A DNA stretch of 32,000 nt from Thermodesulfobium acidiphilum (GCF_003057965.1 NZ_CP020921.1:514916-546915); one strand, 5' to 3'. Positions 7,844 through 16,915 are shown, numbered from the stretch's first letter. A program made the numbers and translations. Notes: generated by a model not told the origin, from the letters alone.

Positions 7844-8487
7844 TTATTATTAGAAATTCCTACCTTTGGACAAATATCGTTTAATATACATTCCTGACAT
7901 TTAGGATTTTTTGCAGTACATATTGTTCTTCCGTGTTGATTTAACATATATGAGAATTTAAACCAATTTTTTTCTTCCACATTTGAAGAAATCTCTCTTT
8001 CAACAGTTATTGGATCGGCTTTTTTTACAAGAGCTAAGCGCATAGCCAATCTCTTAACGTGAGTGTCAACGACTATAGCGCTTTTATTAAATACATAGCC
8101 TAAAATAGCATATGACGACTTTCTTCCTAATCCAGGAATTTTAATAAGGTCATTGAAATTATTTGGTAAAGTTGAATTGAAGTGTTTGATTATATACTTT
8201 GCCCCTTCCTTAAGAGACTTTGCCTTATTGTGATAGAATCCGGTTGAATGTATTGCTTCTTCTAATTCCTCTAATGATATTCTGTCTAAATCTTCAAAGC
8301 TTTTTATACGTTTAAACAATTCTTTAGTTACCGTATTTACTTTTTCGTCTGTGCACTGAGCCGCAAGAACAATGGCCACATAAAATTCGAAAGGAGTGTT
8401 AAAGTTCAGGTTACTTTTTATTTCAGGATAGAGAATATTAAGTCTATGTAATATTTCGGAATAGATATTAGTTTTGTTTAAAACCAT
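7840..8487 (-). CDS. nth: Endonuclease III (DNA glycosylase/AP lyase)
   Basis: It has the HhH-GPD pattern LIKIPGLGRKSSYAILGY...VVDTHVKRL and the C-terminal 4Fe-4S cluster motif CTAKNPKCQECILNDIC. Confidence 0.9.
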   Translation of the reverse strand: MVLNKTNIYSEILHRLNILYPEIKSNLNFNTPFEFYVAIVLAAQCTDEKVNTVTKELFKRIKSFEDLDRISLEELEEAIHSTGFYHNKAKSLKEGAKYIIKHFNSTLPNNFNDLIKIPGLGRKSSYAILGYVFNKSAIVVDTHVKRLAMRLALVKKADPITVEREISSNVEEKNWFKFSYMLNQHGRTICTAKNPKCQECILNDICPKVGISNNK

Positions 8488-8492
8488 TTTCG

Positions 8493-10658
8493 TTATCTGT
8501 TTGTCCTTTTTTGTTTTCCTGAATGTTTGTTACTTTTAGAATCTGATGAATTTTCTGAAAGAGCCTTTATGCTTAAATTTATTTTTCCGTTGCTTTCAAG
8601 ATCAAGAACTTTCACTGTCACCTCATCTCCTAACTTTAAAACATCTTCAACGTTTTTGACTCTTGTTTTCGAGAGTTCAGAAATGTGGACCAGGCCCTCT
8701 TTTCCAGGAGCAATTTCAACAAGTGCTCCAAAGTTGAATATCTTAGTTACCTTTCCAATGTAAATCTGTCCTGGAACTATTGGTTTAGTTATGTTATTTA
8801 TGATTTCGATGGTTCTATTTAGACCTTCTCTGGAGGTAGATGCTATATAAATTTTACCATCTTGTTCAATACTGATCTTTGAGCCAGTTTCTTCTATGAT
8901 TTTCTTGATTATTTTTCCACCTTGCCCTATTACATCACTTATCTTATCCGGATTAATCTGAATCATTTCTATTCTTGGAGCATAGTTTGAAAGTACTTCT
9001 CTGGGATGTGATATAGCTTGATTCATTTTTTCTATGATTACCTTTCTGCCTTCATTTGCTTTTTTAAGCGCTATTGAAAGAGCGTCAATGGGTATACCAG
9101 GTACCTTTACGTCTAGTTGTAGCGCACTAACTCCGTCAATAGTTCCGGTAACCTTAAAATCCATATCCCCTAATGCATCTTCCAAACCAGTAATGTCAGA
9201 TAGAACAACAATTTCGTCATTTTCATAAATAAGTCCCATAGCTATTCCGCCAACGTGTTTTGAAATAGGAACACCTGCATCCATCAGAGATAAAGAAGAA
9301 CCGCATGTTGAAGCCATAGAAGATGAGCCATTTGATTCAAGTATTTCAGAGACAACTCTTATAGTGTAGGGAAAATCAGATTCTTTTGGTAAAACTGGCA
9401 ATAAAGCTTTTTCTGCCAGGGCACCATGGCCAATTTCTCTTCTTCCCGGCCCCCGTGATGGTCTTGCTTCACCTACGCTAAAACCTGGAAAATTATAATG
9501 ATGCATATATCTTTTTCTGATTTCATTGCTTGATTGATAAAGGGTATCTATTATCTGAGAATCTTCCTGTGTTCCCAGTGTTGCAATGCTAAGTGCCTGT
9601 GTTTGACCTCTGGTAAAAAGTGCTGAGCCATGTGCTCTTGGTAATAAACCCACTTGAATGGATATCGGTCTAATTTCATCTAAATTTCTACCATCAACTC
9701 TTTTTTTGTTTTTTATCACATAGTTTCTTATTATCTTTTTTAATCTATTTTGGAAAGCCTGGTTTATTAACAAGAGATTATTTTCTACAAATTCAGTACC
9801 AAATCTTTCAGACAAAGTAGACAAAATTTCGTCTTTTAATTCCTTTTCTAAATTTTCAAAATCCTGTTTTGTTTTGAGAGGAAATCTATCCGTGATGCTA
9901 CTCGTTAAAATAGAATCTAATGCGTTGATAATGTCTTCTGTTGGTTCTTGCAAATAGACTGAACTCTTAGTTGGATTTATTAAGGATATTAATTCTTTTT
10001 GAAGGTCGCATATTTTTGTTATTGCCGGGAGAGCATAATTAATTACTTCAATTATCTTATCTTCAGGGATCTCGTTAAAACTTCCTTCTATCATTAGAAT
10101 GTTGTTTTCTTTGCCTACTACTACGATATCTATGTCACTTTTTTCGATCTGATCAATTGTGGGGTTTAAAATGAACTTTTTGTCGATTTCGCCAACTCTA
10201 ACAGCGCCTACAGGTCCATTAAAAGGAATGTCTGAAATACATAAAGCTGCACTGGAAGCGATGATAGAAAGCACATCTGCTGGAAAATCATTATCTATCG
10301 AGAGGGGAAAGGAAGAGATACAGACATCATTTCTTAATCCTTTTTGAAACAACGGTCTGATAGATCTGTCTATAATTCTACTATACAGAATAGCTCTTTC
10401 GCTTGGTCTTCCTTCTCTTTTAAAAAACCCCCCAGGAAACTTTCCAGCAGCATACATCTTTTCATCAAAGTCAACTACCAGAGGCATGAAGTCTATATCA
10501 CTTCGGGCTTCTTTAGACATTGTTGCTGCACTAAAAACTATAGTATCTCCTGATCTAACAGTAACCGAACCGTTTGCTTGCTTTGCTAAAAGTCCCGTTT
10601 CAATATTTATAACTATGCCTTCTGCTATTTCTTTTGTGATACTGTGTACTCCGTTCAT
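8493..10658 (-). CDS. pnp: Polyribonucleotide nucleotidyltransferase (PNPase)
   Basis: The 721-aa product has two RNase PH-like domains (LAKQANGSV..., RVDGR...IRPI..., GSSSMASTCGSSLSLMDAGVP), then a KH domain (GQGGKIIKKIIEETG) and an S1 domain (GKVTKIFNFGALVEI). Confidence 0.95.
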   Translation of the reverse strand: MNGVHSITKEIAEGIVINIETGLLAKQANGSVTVRSGDTIVFSAATMSKEARSDIDFMPLVVDFDEKMYAAGKFPGGFFKREGRPSERAILYSRIIDRSIRPLFQKGLRNDVCISSFPLSIDNDFPADVLSIIASSAALCISDIPFNGPVGAVRVGEIDKKFILNPTIDQIEKSDIDIVVVGKENNILMIEGSFNEIPEDKIIEVINYALPAITKICDLQKELISLINPTKSSVYLQEPTEDIINALDSILTSSITDRFPLKTKQDFENLEKELKDEILSTLSERFGTEFVENNLLLINQAFQNRLKKIIRNYVIKNKKRVDGRNLDEIRPISIQVGLLPRAHGSALFTRGQTQALSIATLGTQEDSQIIDTLYQSSNEIRKRYMHHYNFPGFSVGEARPSRGPGRREIGHGALAEKALLPVLPKESDFPYTIRVVSEILESNGSSSMASTCGSSLSLMDAGVPISKHVGGIAMGLIYENDEIVVLSDITGLEDALGDMDFKVTGTIDGVSALQLDVKVPGIPIDALSIALKKANEGRKVIIEKMNQAISHPREVLSNYAPRIEMIQINPDKISDVIGQGGKIIKKIIEETGSKISIEQDGKIYIASTSREGLNRTIEIINNITKPIVPGQIYIGKVTKIFNFGALVEIAPGKEGLVHISELSKTRVKNVEDVLKLGDEVTVKVLDLESNGKINLSIKALSENSSDSKSNKHSGKQKRTNR

Positions 10659-10930
10659 TATGCAGTTTCTCTAAGACCAAGTTTGCCGATCAGCTTTCTA
10701 TATCTATTTATATCTTTATTCTTCACATAAGATAACAATCTCTTTCTTTGGTTTACCATCTTTAAAAGCCCTCTTTTTGAGTGAAGGTCGTTTTTGTGTT
10801 CTTTTAAATGCTCTGTAAGTTTTTCAATGCGATAGGTTAATATCGCTACCTGTACTTCTGCCGAACCAGTGTCATTCTCATGCAGGCCAAAATCTTCTAT
10901 TACCTTTTTCTTAAGTTCTTTGTCTAGCAT
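10658..10930 (-). CDS. rpsO: 30S ribosomal protein S15
   Basis: Diagnostic stretches are [58 protein letters not shown] lies 5 nt upstream of the ATG. The stop overlaps the pnp ATG (TAATG). Confidence 0.95.
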   Translation of the reverse strand: MLDKELKKKVIEDFGLHENDTGSAEVQVAILTYRIEKLTEHLKEHKNDLHSKRGLLKMVNQRKRLLSYVKNKDINRYRKLIGKLGLRETA

Positions 10931-10957
10931 AAAATCCTCCTTTAAATAATAAATCCA

Positions 10958-11000
10958 CTATCTGAGCATTGCCCATTGTTATCCCGCAATGCCCAGACAG
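10958..11000 (-). promoter_or_regulatory. rpsO 5'-leader hairpin (candidate S15 autoregulatory element)
   Basis: The minus-strand RNA reads CUGUCUGGGCAUUGC-[GGGAUAACAAUGG]-GCAAUGCUCAGAUAG. It forms a 15-bp stem (13 Watson-Crick plus 2 G.U pairs). On the plus strand the two G.U pairs become A.C mismatches, so the structure is strand-specific. It ends 17 nt before the rpsO GGAGG. Confidence 0.4.
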
Positions 11001-11051
11001 GGTAAGTTTGATAACTTTATGATAATATTGAGTAGTCAAACATTCAAAACT

Positions 11052-11078
11052 ATTCTATCATAAATGTGTAATATTCAA
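11052..11078 (-). promoter_or_regulatory. Candidate rpsO promoter (TTGAAT-15 nt-TGaTAGAAT)
   Basis: On the minus strand, -35 TTGAAT lies at 11078-11073 and an extended -10 TGnTAGAAT at 11060-11052. This is hexamer matching only, in AT-rich DNA. Confidence 0.25.
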
Positions 11079-11100
11079 AAAGTGAGGAGTATATTATATA

Positions 11101-11505
11101 TTGATTTTAGGAATCGATGTTGGAAGTTGTAAAATTGGTTATGCAATTTTAGATGATAAGTATAATGTTTTTTCAAAAGGGATAATACTACTTAATGACT
11201 TCAAAAAAGAGTTTTTAAAATTTATAAAAAGTTATGAGATTGAAGTTGTTGCTGTTGGAAGTGGAACTGGGCATAAAAAGGTGATGGAGTTAATAGATGA
11301 GCTCAATTTGGATTTAAAAGTTGTGATAATATCAGAAAGAAATACTTCGGTACAAGCCAAATGGAGATATATTAATTCGCTAAAAGGATTCAAAGGTTTT
11401 TTTTGTAAGTTTTTTGGATATTTGGATAAGCCAGTTGATGACATTTCAGCTGTAATAATAGCTGAAAGATACTTAAATGAAAAGAGGAAAAAGAGTGAGA
11501 CCTGA
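11101..11505 (+). CDS. YqgF/RuvX-like RNase H-fold nuclease (putative pre-16S rRNA nuclease)
   Basis: The N-terminal [18 protein letters not shown] matches the acidic-triad strand of the YqgF family, and the size (134 aa) fits. TTG start with GAGGAG upstream. The family call is tentative. Confidence 0.5.
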   Translation: MILGIDVGSCKIGYAILDDKYNVFSKGIILLNDFKKEFLKFIKSYEIEVVAVGSGTGHKKVMELIDELNLDLKVVIISERNTSVQAKWRYINSLKGFKGFFCKFFGYLDKPVDDISAVIIAERYLNEKRKKSET

Positions 11506-11953
11506 TTGGGATTCTTATTTTATGAAAATAGCTTTTTTAGTTGCTACGCGCTCAACTTGTATAAGAAGAAGAGTGGGAGCTGTTATTGTAAAGGAAAAAA
11601 GGATATTGTCAACTGGTTATAACGGTGCTCCTTCAGGACTATTGCACTGTTTTGATATTGGCTGTTTGAGAGATAAGATGAACATTCCTTCTGGTGAGAG
11701 ACAGGAACTTTGTAGAGGATTGCATGCTGAGCAAAATGCAATAATTCAGGGTGCTATGTATGGAGTAAGTCTTATGGGTTCTACAATATACATTACGAAT
11801 CAGCCATGTATAACCTGTGCAAAAATGCTTATCCAGGCAGGGATAGTTAAAATAGTTTATCAGGGCGATTACCCTGATAAACTTGCTTTAGAGATGTTGG
11901 ATGAAGCTGGAGTAGAAATTATAAAATTTATTCCTGATAACAAAGAGGTGTAG
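11477..11953 (+). CDS. comEB: dCMP deaminase (ComEB-type cytidine/deoxycytidylate deaminase)
   Basis: Zinc and catalytic motifs are present: HAEQNAI and [13 protein letters not shown], plus WDSYFM...A.RSTC. An alternative start is GTG 11495, with AGAGGA 6 nt upstream. Confidence 0.85.
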   Translation: MKRGKRVRPDWDSYFMKIAFLVATRSTCIRRRVGAVIVKEKRILSTGYNGAPSGLLHCFDIGCLRDKMNIPSGERQELCRGLHAEQNAIIQGAMYGVSLMGSTIYITNQPCITCAKMLIQAGIVKIVYQGDYPDKLALEMLDEAGVEIIKFIPDNKEV

Positions 11954-11959
11954 TTTATC

Positions 11960-12979
11960 TTGTTGTTTCTTATATGTCTGTTTTCTTTTTTTCTTTCACT
12001 CTTGAACACTAAATTTGTAATTTTTTTATCTGAAAAATTGGAAATTTACGATAAGCCTGATAAGAGAAAGATTCACAGTAAATTAACATCCCGCCTTGGA
12101 GGATTTGGATTTTTTGTACCTTTTCTAATTACATTATTCTTATACTCCCTTTTGGTAAAGGGATTTGAAATTACTGATTTCCTGATTTGCGTTTTTCCAA
12201 TATTTTTCCTTGGGCTATATGACGATCTTTTTGGAATTAATCCTATTATAAAATTAGCAGCCCAAATTTTTGCCTCGTTTATAGCTTTTAATTTAGGTTT
12301 TCGAATAGACTATATTTATTTTCCATTTGTAGGGTATCTTTTTTTTGGAGGATTGTCGTTGTTTTTGACAATTTTTTGGCTTGTAGGGTTATCTAATGCG
12401 CTAAATTTGGTAGATGGTATGGATGGCTTGGCATCGGGAGTTGCTATTTTAATACTTTTATCAATGGCAATAGTTTCTTATGTTCTGGATAGAAATTTTG
12501 TTTTTATAATTTCGATAATACTTTTGTTTTCTATGACAGGTTTTTTTGTTTTCAATATAAATCCTGCTAGAATATTTATGGGAGATAGTGGCTCCTTGAC
12601 TGTGGGTTTTATAATTGGTCTAATCTCTATTAGTGGGTTTATGAAGGGCCTTACACTTGTAACGCTATTTTCAATTATTATTATGCTAATAATCCCTGTT
12701 GCAGATACTTTTTGGGCTATTATAAGAAGATCGGTATCTGGAAGATCAATTTTTTCACCTGATAAAGGTCACTTTCATCATATGCTTTTGGAAAAGGGCT
12801 GGAGTGTAAGGAAGATCAATTCTTTGTTTAGAGGAATCACTGTAATGGGATCTCTGGTATTCTTTTTTGTCTTTTTGCCTCAAGAATATTTTTTGTTTAC
12901 AGCTTCTTTTTTGATTTTTGGTTATCTATTTTTATTTTTACTTGAATCTATTGTTATTGGAGTGAGAAAAAGTGCTTAA
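11960..12979 (+). CDS. Polyprenyl-phosphate N-acetylhexosamine-1-phosphate transferase (MraY/WecA/TagO family)
   Basis: The protein is polytopic and carries the family motifs DDLFGI, NALNLVDGMDGLASG, FMGDSGSL and HFHH. TTG start, 9 nt after GAGGTG. Confidence 0.8.
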   Translation: MLFLICLFSFFLSLLNTKFVIFLSEKLEIYDKPDKRKIHSKLTSRLGGFGFFVPFLITLFLYSLLVKGFEITDFLICVFPIFFLGLYDDLFGINPIIKLAAQIFASFIAFNLGFRIDYIYFPFVGYLFFGGLSLFLTIFWLVGLSNALNLVDGMDGLASGVAILILLSMAIVSYVLDRNFVFIISIILLFSMTGFFVFNINPARIFMGDSGSLTVGFIIGLISISGFMKGLTLVTLFSIIIMLIIPVADTFWAIIRRSVSGRSIFSPDKGHFHHMLLEKGWSVRKINSLFRGITVMGSLVFFFVFLPQEYFLFTASFLIFGYLFLFLLESIVIGVRKSA

Positions 12980-14141
12980 AGCTTTGCTGATTTTTGGGAC
13001 TAGACCTGAAGCTATTAAAATGGCTCCTCTTTTTTTGGAATTAAAGAACTCGAAGTACTTTGAACCTGTCGTGGTTGTTACTGCTCAGCACAGAGAAATG
13101 CTAGATCAGGTTTTGAAAATATTTAATATTGAACCAGATTTTGATCTTGACATAATGAAACCGGGTCAGAGCCTTGAAGGAATAACTATTAGAGCATTGG
13201 AAGGTTTATGTAATATTATGAAGAGGGTTAATCCATCTATTGTTCTTGTTCAGGGAGATACAACGACCACTTATGTGGGAGCATTAGCAGCATTTTATCA
13301 CAGAATAGCAGTTGGACATGTAGAGGCAGGTTTGAGAACTTATGATAAATTCAACCCTTATCCTGAAGAAGTTAATAGAAGGATGACTACCTGTCTTGCT
13401 GATTTACATTTTGCACCTACTATTATTTCTTTTAATAACCTGATCAAGGAAAATGTCAAAAAGGAAGATATATTTATAACCGGGAATACCGTTATAGATT
13501 CTTTACTTCATATATCTAAAAGAGATTATGATTTTCCTCCAATTTTAAATTCAATAATAAATTCTCCTTTAAGAAAGATTTTAGTTACTGCTCATAGAAG
13601 AGAAAATTGGGATGAAATGAAAAATATTTTTCATGCAATAAAAAAGTTAGTTGAGAGCTTTGACGACATACATATAATTTTTCCTGTACATATGAACCCA
13701 AAAATAAGAGTTGATGCTCAAAATATTTTGGGCAATAATTCAAGAGTATCTTTGCTTGAACCCCTTGACTATGAAGCTTTTATACATGTTATGAAAAACT
13801 GTTACATCATACTTACAGATTCTGGAGGCGTTCAAGAAGAAGCCCCCTCTCTTGGTGTTCCTGTGGTCGTTATGAGAAAGACTACAGAGAGACCTGAGGC
13901 GCTCAAGGCAAATGCAGTTGTTTTAAGCGGAACTGATGGAGAAAAAATTTACAATACTGCAGCTAAACTCTTGAGTGATAAAACTTTTTATCTTTCTATG
14001 AAAAAGAAGCTCAACCCCTATGGAGATGGGAGAGCTTCTTTTAGAATTTTGAAATCTCTAGAATATTTTTTTAAACTTAGCTCAGAAAGGCCTGTTGATT
14101 TTAGATACAATTATGAAGATGGTTTACTATTAGAAACCTAA
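12972..14141 (+). CDS. wecB: UDP-N-acetylglucosamine 2-epimerase (non-hydrolysing)
   Basis: Motifs: IFGTRPEAIKMAPL, VLVQGDTTTT, GHVEAGLRT, PEE.NR, TDSGGVQEEAPSLGVPVVVMR.TERPE. Confidence 0.9.
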   Translation: MLKALLIFGTRPEAIKMAPLFLELKNSKYFEPVVVVTAQHREMLDQVLKIFNIEPDFDLDIMKPGQSLEGITIRALEGLCNIMKRVNPSIVLVQGDTTTTYVGALAAFYHRIAVGHVEAGLRTYDKFNPYPEEVNRRMTTCLADLHFAPTIISFNNLIKENVKKEDIFITGNTVIDSLLHISKRDYDFPPILNSIINSPLRKILVTAHRRENWDEMKNIFHAIKKLVESFDDIHIIFPVHMNPKIRVDAQNILGNNSRVSLLEPLDYEAFIHVMKNCYIILTDSGGVQEEAPSLGVPVVVMRKTTERPEALKANAVVLSGTDGEKIYNTAAKLLSDKTFYLSMKKKLNPYGDGRASFRILKSLEYFFKLSSERPVDFRYNYEDGLLLET

Positions 14142-14771
14142 ATGTTCGTTAATTATAAAAACGCTAAATGGGGTTAGAGTTGGTCTCTTCTTTAATATAG
14201 TGGTAATATTACATATCCTTGTCGGTCCTTGACAATCCATACATTCACCTGTTACAGTACAGGGGTTTGGTCTATTTAACCTCTTATTGTTTATTGGTGC
14301 CGCTATTGTTTTGATTCTTTTTCTTGCTTCTTCTTCATCCTTAACTATTTTATTTGTGCCGGCTATTATTATTACCTGTTTAGGTCCAAATATCATTGAA
14401 GCAACCCTGTTTCCAACTCCATCAGTATTTACAAGTTTTCCATCAAGCGTTATTGCATTGGAACTTGCTATAAATGTATCGCAGGTAAGCTGTTTTCTTC
14501 TTAAGTTTAATACTTCTTCTGGTGAAAGATTTGGCTTATTGTGATCTAAGATTGTATTGCCTCTCTTTGCCAGGATATCCAATATGCCCAGGTTTTGTAC
14601 AGTTGTTGAGCCTCCTACTCCTATAACATCTTTGTCTGGAATAATTTCTAAAAGTTTATTTATTAACTCTTCTCTGGTATTAAAGAAATCAGCATTAAAA
14701 TTATTTTTTTTTAAAGCTTCTACAGCTCTTTTGCCAAATACTTCACCATGCCACTTCAGATTTGGATCCAT
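14130..14771 (-). CDS. LUD-domain protein (LutC/YkgG-like, DUF162)
   Basis: It shows the LUD-type pattern (VIGVGGSTTV, FIASSNAITLDGKLVN.DG.GNRV) and a Cys cluster (CTVTGECMDCQGPTRIC). I prefer ATG 14771, which has GGAGG 9 nt upstream, over the listed TTG 14792. Confidence 0.6.
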   Translation of the reverse strand: MDPNLKWHGEVFGKRAVEALKKNNFNADFFNTREELINKLLEIIPDKDVIGVGGSTTVQNLGILDILAKRGNTILDHNKPNLSPEEVLNLRRKQLTCDTFIASSNAITLDGKLVNTDGVGNRVASMIFGPKQVIIIAGTNKIVKDEEEARKRIKTIAAPINNKRLNRPNPCTVTGECMDCQGPTRICNITTILKKRPTLTPFSVFIINEHLGF

Positions 14772-15108
14772 TTTTTCTTTCCTCCATTTCAAAAAATTTT
14801 GATATTATACTAAAATGATACCATCAAATTACTATTTAAGTTACATTGCTCAGTTTTTATTTAATTTTTATATTATAAATATTCAAAAATACCTATTAAT
14901 TTAATTTGTGATATAAATTATTTATTTGTATAAATCTTTTTTATTTAGAAAATTAAGACTTTTCTGACAGAACTAGTGACATATGAGATTGGTGAAACTA
15001 AAATATTTATTTAGTAATTGGAATTTGAAGTGTTTAGTGAAAGTATAATTTTATTATTGACATGATAAGGAAAATCTATTAATCTATAAATGATTTTTGT
15101 AAGTAGGG

Positions 15109-15327
15109 GTGAATAATATAAAAAACAATAAAGGAAAACAAAATTTGCCCCTACACGTTGCTCAATTAGGTTTTAATGTTTTAGGAACTACATTAGGAGG
15201 GTTGTTGCTAGGGTGGTTTTTACAGGAAAAAATGGGCTTTGGATTAGTAGGTTTTTTATTTGGGCTTTTGTTGGGCGTTTTTTCAGGTCTGTGGATCATA
15301 TTAAAACAAATCTTAGTTCAAAAATGA
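15109..15327 (+). CDS. Small two-TM ATP synthase accessory protein (AtpZ/AtpI-like)
   Basis: The 72-aa product has two Gly-rich hydrophobic helices (LGFNVLGTTLGGLLLGWFL, GLVGFLFGLLLGVFSGLWIIL). The gene lies immediately upstream of atpB, as is typical for atpZ/atpI. Confidence 0.55.
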   Translation: MNNIKNNKGKQNLPLHVAQLGFNVLGTTLGGLLLGWFLQEKMGFGLVGFLFGLLLGVFSGLWIILKQILVQK

Positions 15328-15343
15328 AAGGGGGTGAAGAAGG

Positions 15344-16099
15344 TTGCATATTGCTGAAGAATTTATGTTGCACAAAATTATACCTATAAACATTGGTGGA
15401 TTTGATCTTAGTATTACCCAGGCAGTTTTGTGGATGTGGATAGCTTCTATAATTATGATGTTGTATTTGATTTATTGTAGCAGAAGTATGACTGTAGTAC
15501 CGTCTAACAGACTTGTTACTTTGTTTGAAGTACTTATAGATTTTGTTAGGAAAGATTTAGTAGAAAGTTTTATGCACGGAAAAGATGTTGAAAGGTTTTT
15601 TCCTTTAATAGCCTCAATATTTTTCTTTATCTTTGCATCAAATTTTATAGGAATTATTCCAGGTACTTATACTCCTACTGCTAACATTAATACAACCGCT
15701 ATACTTGCAATATTCGTGTTTATACTTTATAACGTTTTGGGAGTATTTAGAAATGGTTTAGTCGGATATTTAAAAAGTATAGTTGTCCCTGGTCTTCCTG
15801 CTCCTATTATTCCGGTTGTTTTTGTCATAGAGGTATTTAGCCACTTTGCAAGGCCTCTTTCATTGGCAATAAGGTTATTTGCCAATATGATGGCTGGACA
15901 CATTATAATCGGTGTTTTGATTTATCTTGCACTGCTTGCGACAGGAGCATTTATGGGTGGCATAATGCTCGGGTCTGTTTCTTTCGCTGCTTCTGTGGGA
16001 ATGTATTTCTTGGAAGTTTTTGTAAAATCACTTCAAGCGATAATCTTTGCTGTTTTAACATCAATGTATATTGCTGGTGCTGTTGCACCTGAACATTAG
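15344..16099 (+). CDS. atpB: F-type ATP synthase subunit a
   Basis: The essential-Arg region LSLAIRLFANMMAGH is present in a polytopic protein. TTG start after AGGGGGTGA. Confidence 0.9.
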   Translation: MHIAEEFMLHKIIPINIGGFDLSITQAVLWMWIASIIMMLYLIYCSRSMTVVPSNRLVTLFEVLIDFVRKDLVESFMHGKDVERFFPLIASIFFFIFASNFIGIIPGTYTPTANINTTAILAIFVFILYNVLGVFRNGLVGYLKSIVVPGLPAPIIPVVFVIEVFSHFARPLSLAIRLFANMMAGHIIIGVLIYLALLATGAFMGGIMLGSVSFAASVGMYFLEVFVKSLQAIIFAVLTSMYIAGAVAPEH

Positions 16100-16145
16100 T
16101 TTTTGTTTCACAACTTTAATTAAAAATTTTTGGAGGTGTTTTTAA

Positions 16146-16397
16146 ATGGATGCAGTAAGTATAAATCTTGGTTTGGCTCAGTTGGGCGCAGGTGTTGCTA
16201 TTGGATTTGCCGCTGCTGGTGGTGGCGCAGGTATGGGTATTTTAGGTGGATATTTTTTGACCGCTCTTGCAAGACAGCCAGAACTTCTTGGACCGCTACG
16301 TACCTATATGATTTTGGTATTGGTCTTTATTGAAGCTCAGGTTCTTTATGGTTTTACTGTTTCTATGATCCTTTTGTTTGCAGCTCCTAAGCACTAG
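16146..16397 (+). CDS. atpE: F-type ATP synthase subunit c
   Basis: The 83-aa hairpin protein has a Gly-rich helix 1 (AAAGGGAGMGILGG), the loop ARQPE, and the carboxylate in helix 2 (VLVFIEAQVLYG). Confidence 0.9.
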   Translation: MDAVSINLGLAQLGAGVAIGFAAAGGGAGMGILGGYFLTALARQPELLGPLRTYMILVLVFIEAQVLYGFTVSMILLFAAPKH

Positions 16398-16428
16398 TCT
16401 TTTATTCTTTTAAGGGAGATCTAAAAAA

Positions 16429-16914
16429 ATGATGAATTTTGAATTTGGACTAGAGTTCTGGACTATTGTCTCCTTTCTAATATTCTTCTTTTTATTTGTA
16501 AAATTTGTTGTTCCACCAATAAACAGTGCACTTAAAGAGAGAGAAAAAGCTATCGCAGGTGCAATAGAACAGGCTCGAAAGGAAAGGGAAGAAGCGGAAA
16601 AACTCTTGCAGGAGTCAAAAAGAGAACTTGAAGAAACAAAGGCTCGTTCTTCAAAAATTGTAGAAGAAGCAAGAGCGTATGCTGAAGAGGTCAAAAAGGA
16701 TATTATCCAAAAAGCTAAAGAAGAGGCGCAAAAAATAGTTGATAGTGCTGCCAAAGACCTTGAAAGGGCTAAGGCAGAGGTTATAGCAGAACTTAAGGTT
16801 GAGGTTGTTAATCTTACTATTTCGCTTACAGAAAAGCTCCTTGAGAAAGAATTGGATAAAAATGCGCAGACAAAATTCGTAACAGAATATTTACAGAAAA
16901 TAGGTAAGAATTAG
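16429..16914 (+). CDS. atpF: F-type ATP synthase subunit b
   Basis: It has a single N-terminal TM helix followed by a long, highly charged Ala/Glu/Lys-rich helix, and it lies between atpE and atpH. Confidence 0.8.
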   Translation: MMNFEFGLEFWTIVSFLIFFFLFVKFVVPPINSALKEREKAIAGAIEQARKEREEAEKLLQESKRELEETKARSSKIVEEARAYAEEVKKDIIQKAKEEAQKIVDSAAKDLERAKAEVIAELKVEVVNLTISLTEKLLEKELDKNAQTKFVTEYLQKIGKN

Positions 16915-16915
16915 A

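Noticed and set aside
10958-11000. An interpretation of the inverted repeat upstream of rpsO as a bidirectional terminator or a DNA operator for the divergent YqgF-like gene.
   Set aside because: No U-tract follows on either strand. The two non-Watson-Crick positions are G.U only in the rpsO-sense RNA and A.C in the other sense, which favours an RNA element of the rpsO leader.
14803-15108. The longest non-coding stretch in the window (306 nt, very AT-rich), between the LUD gene and the atp operon. I checked it for a riboswitch, sRNA, small ORF or a clear promoter.
   Set aside because: No conserved structured-RNA pattern or GC-rich stems are visible. A perfect TATAAT (15044-15049) and a perfect TTGACA (15057-15062) occur, but in the wrong order and spacing to form one promoter. 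I could not assign the atp promoter with confidence.
16130-16333. A Trp/Arg/Cys-rich 67-aa ORF overlapping atpE in another frame.
   Set aside because: It is an alternative-frame artefact of the Gly/Ala-rich c-subunit coding sequence. Its composition is implausible for a real protein.
16146-16397. I looked for a Na+-binding signature in the ATP synthase c subunit.
   Set aside because: Aligning on the ARQPE loop against my recollection of the Ilyobacter c subunit, the helix-1 Gln position is Met here. The residues after the carboxylate are Ala-Gln (EAQVLY) rather than Ser/Thr. Only the Tyr is retained. This is most consistent with an ordinary H+-coupled ring.
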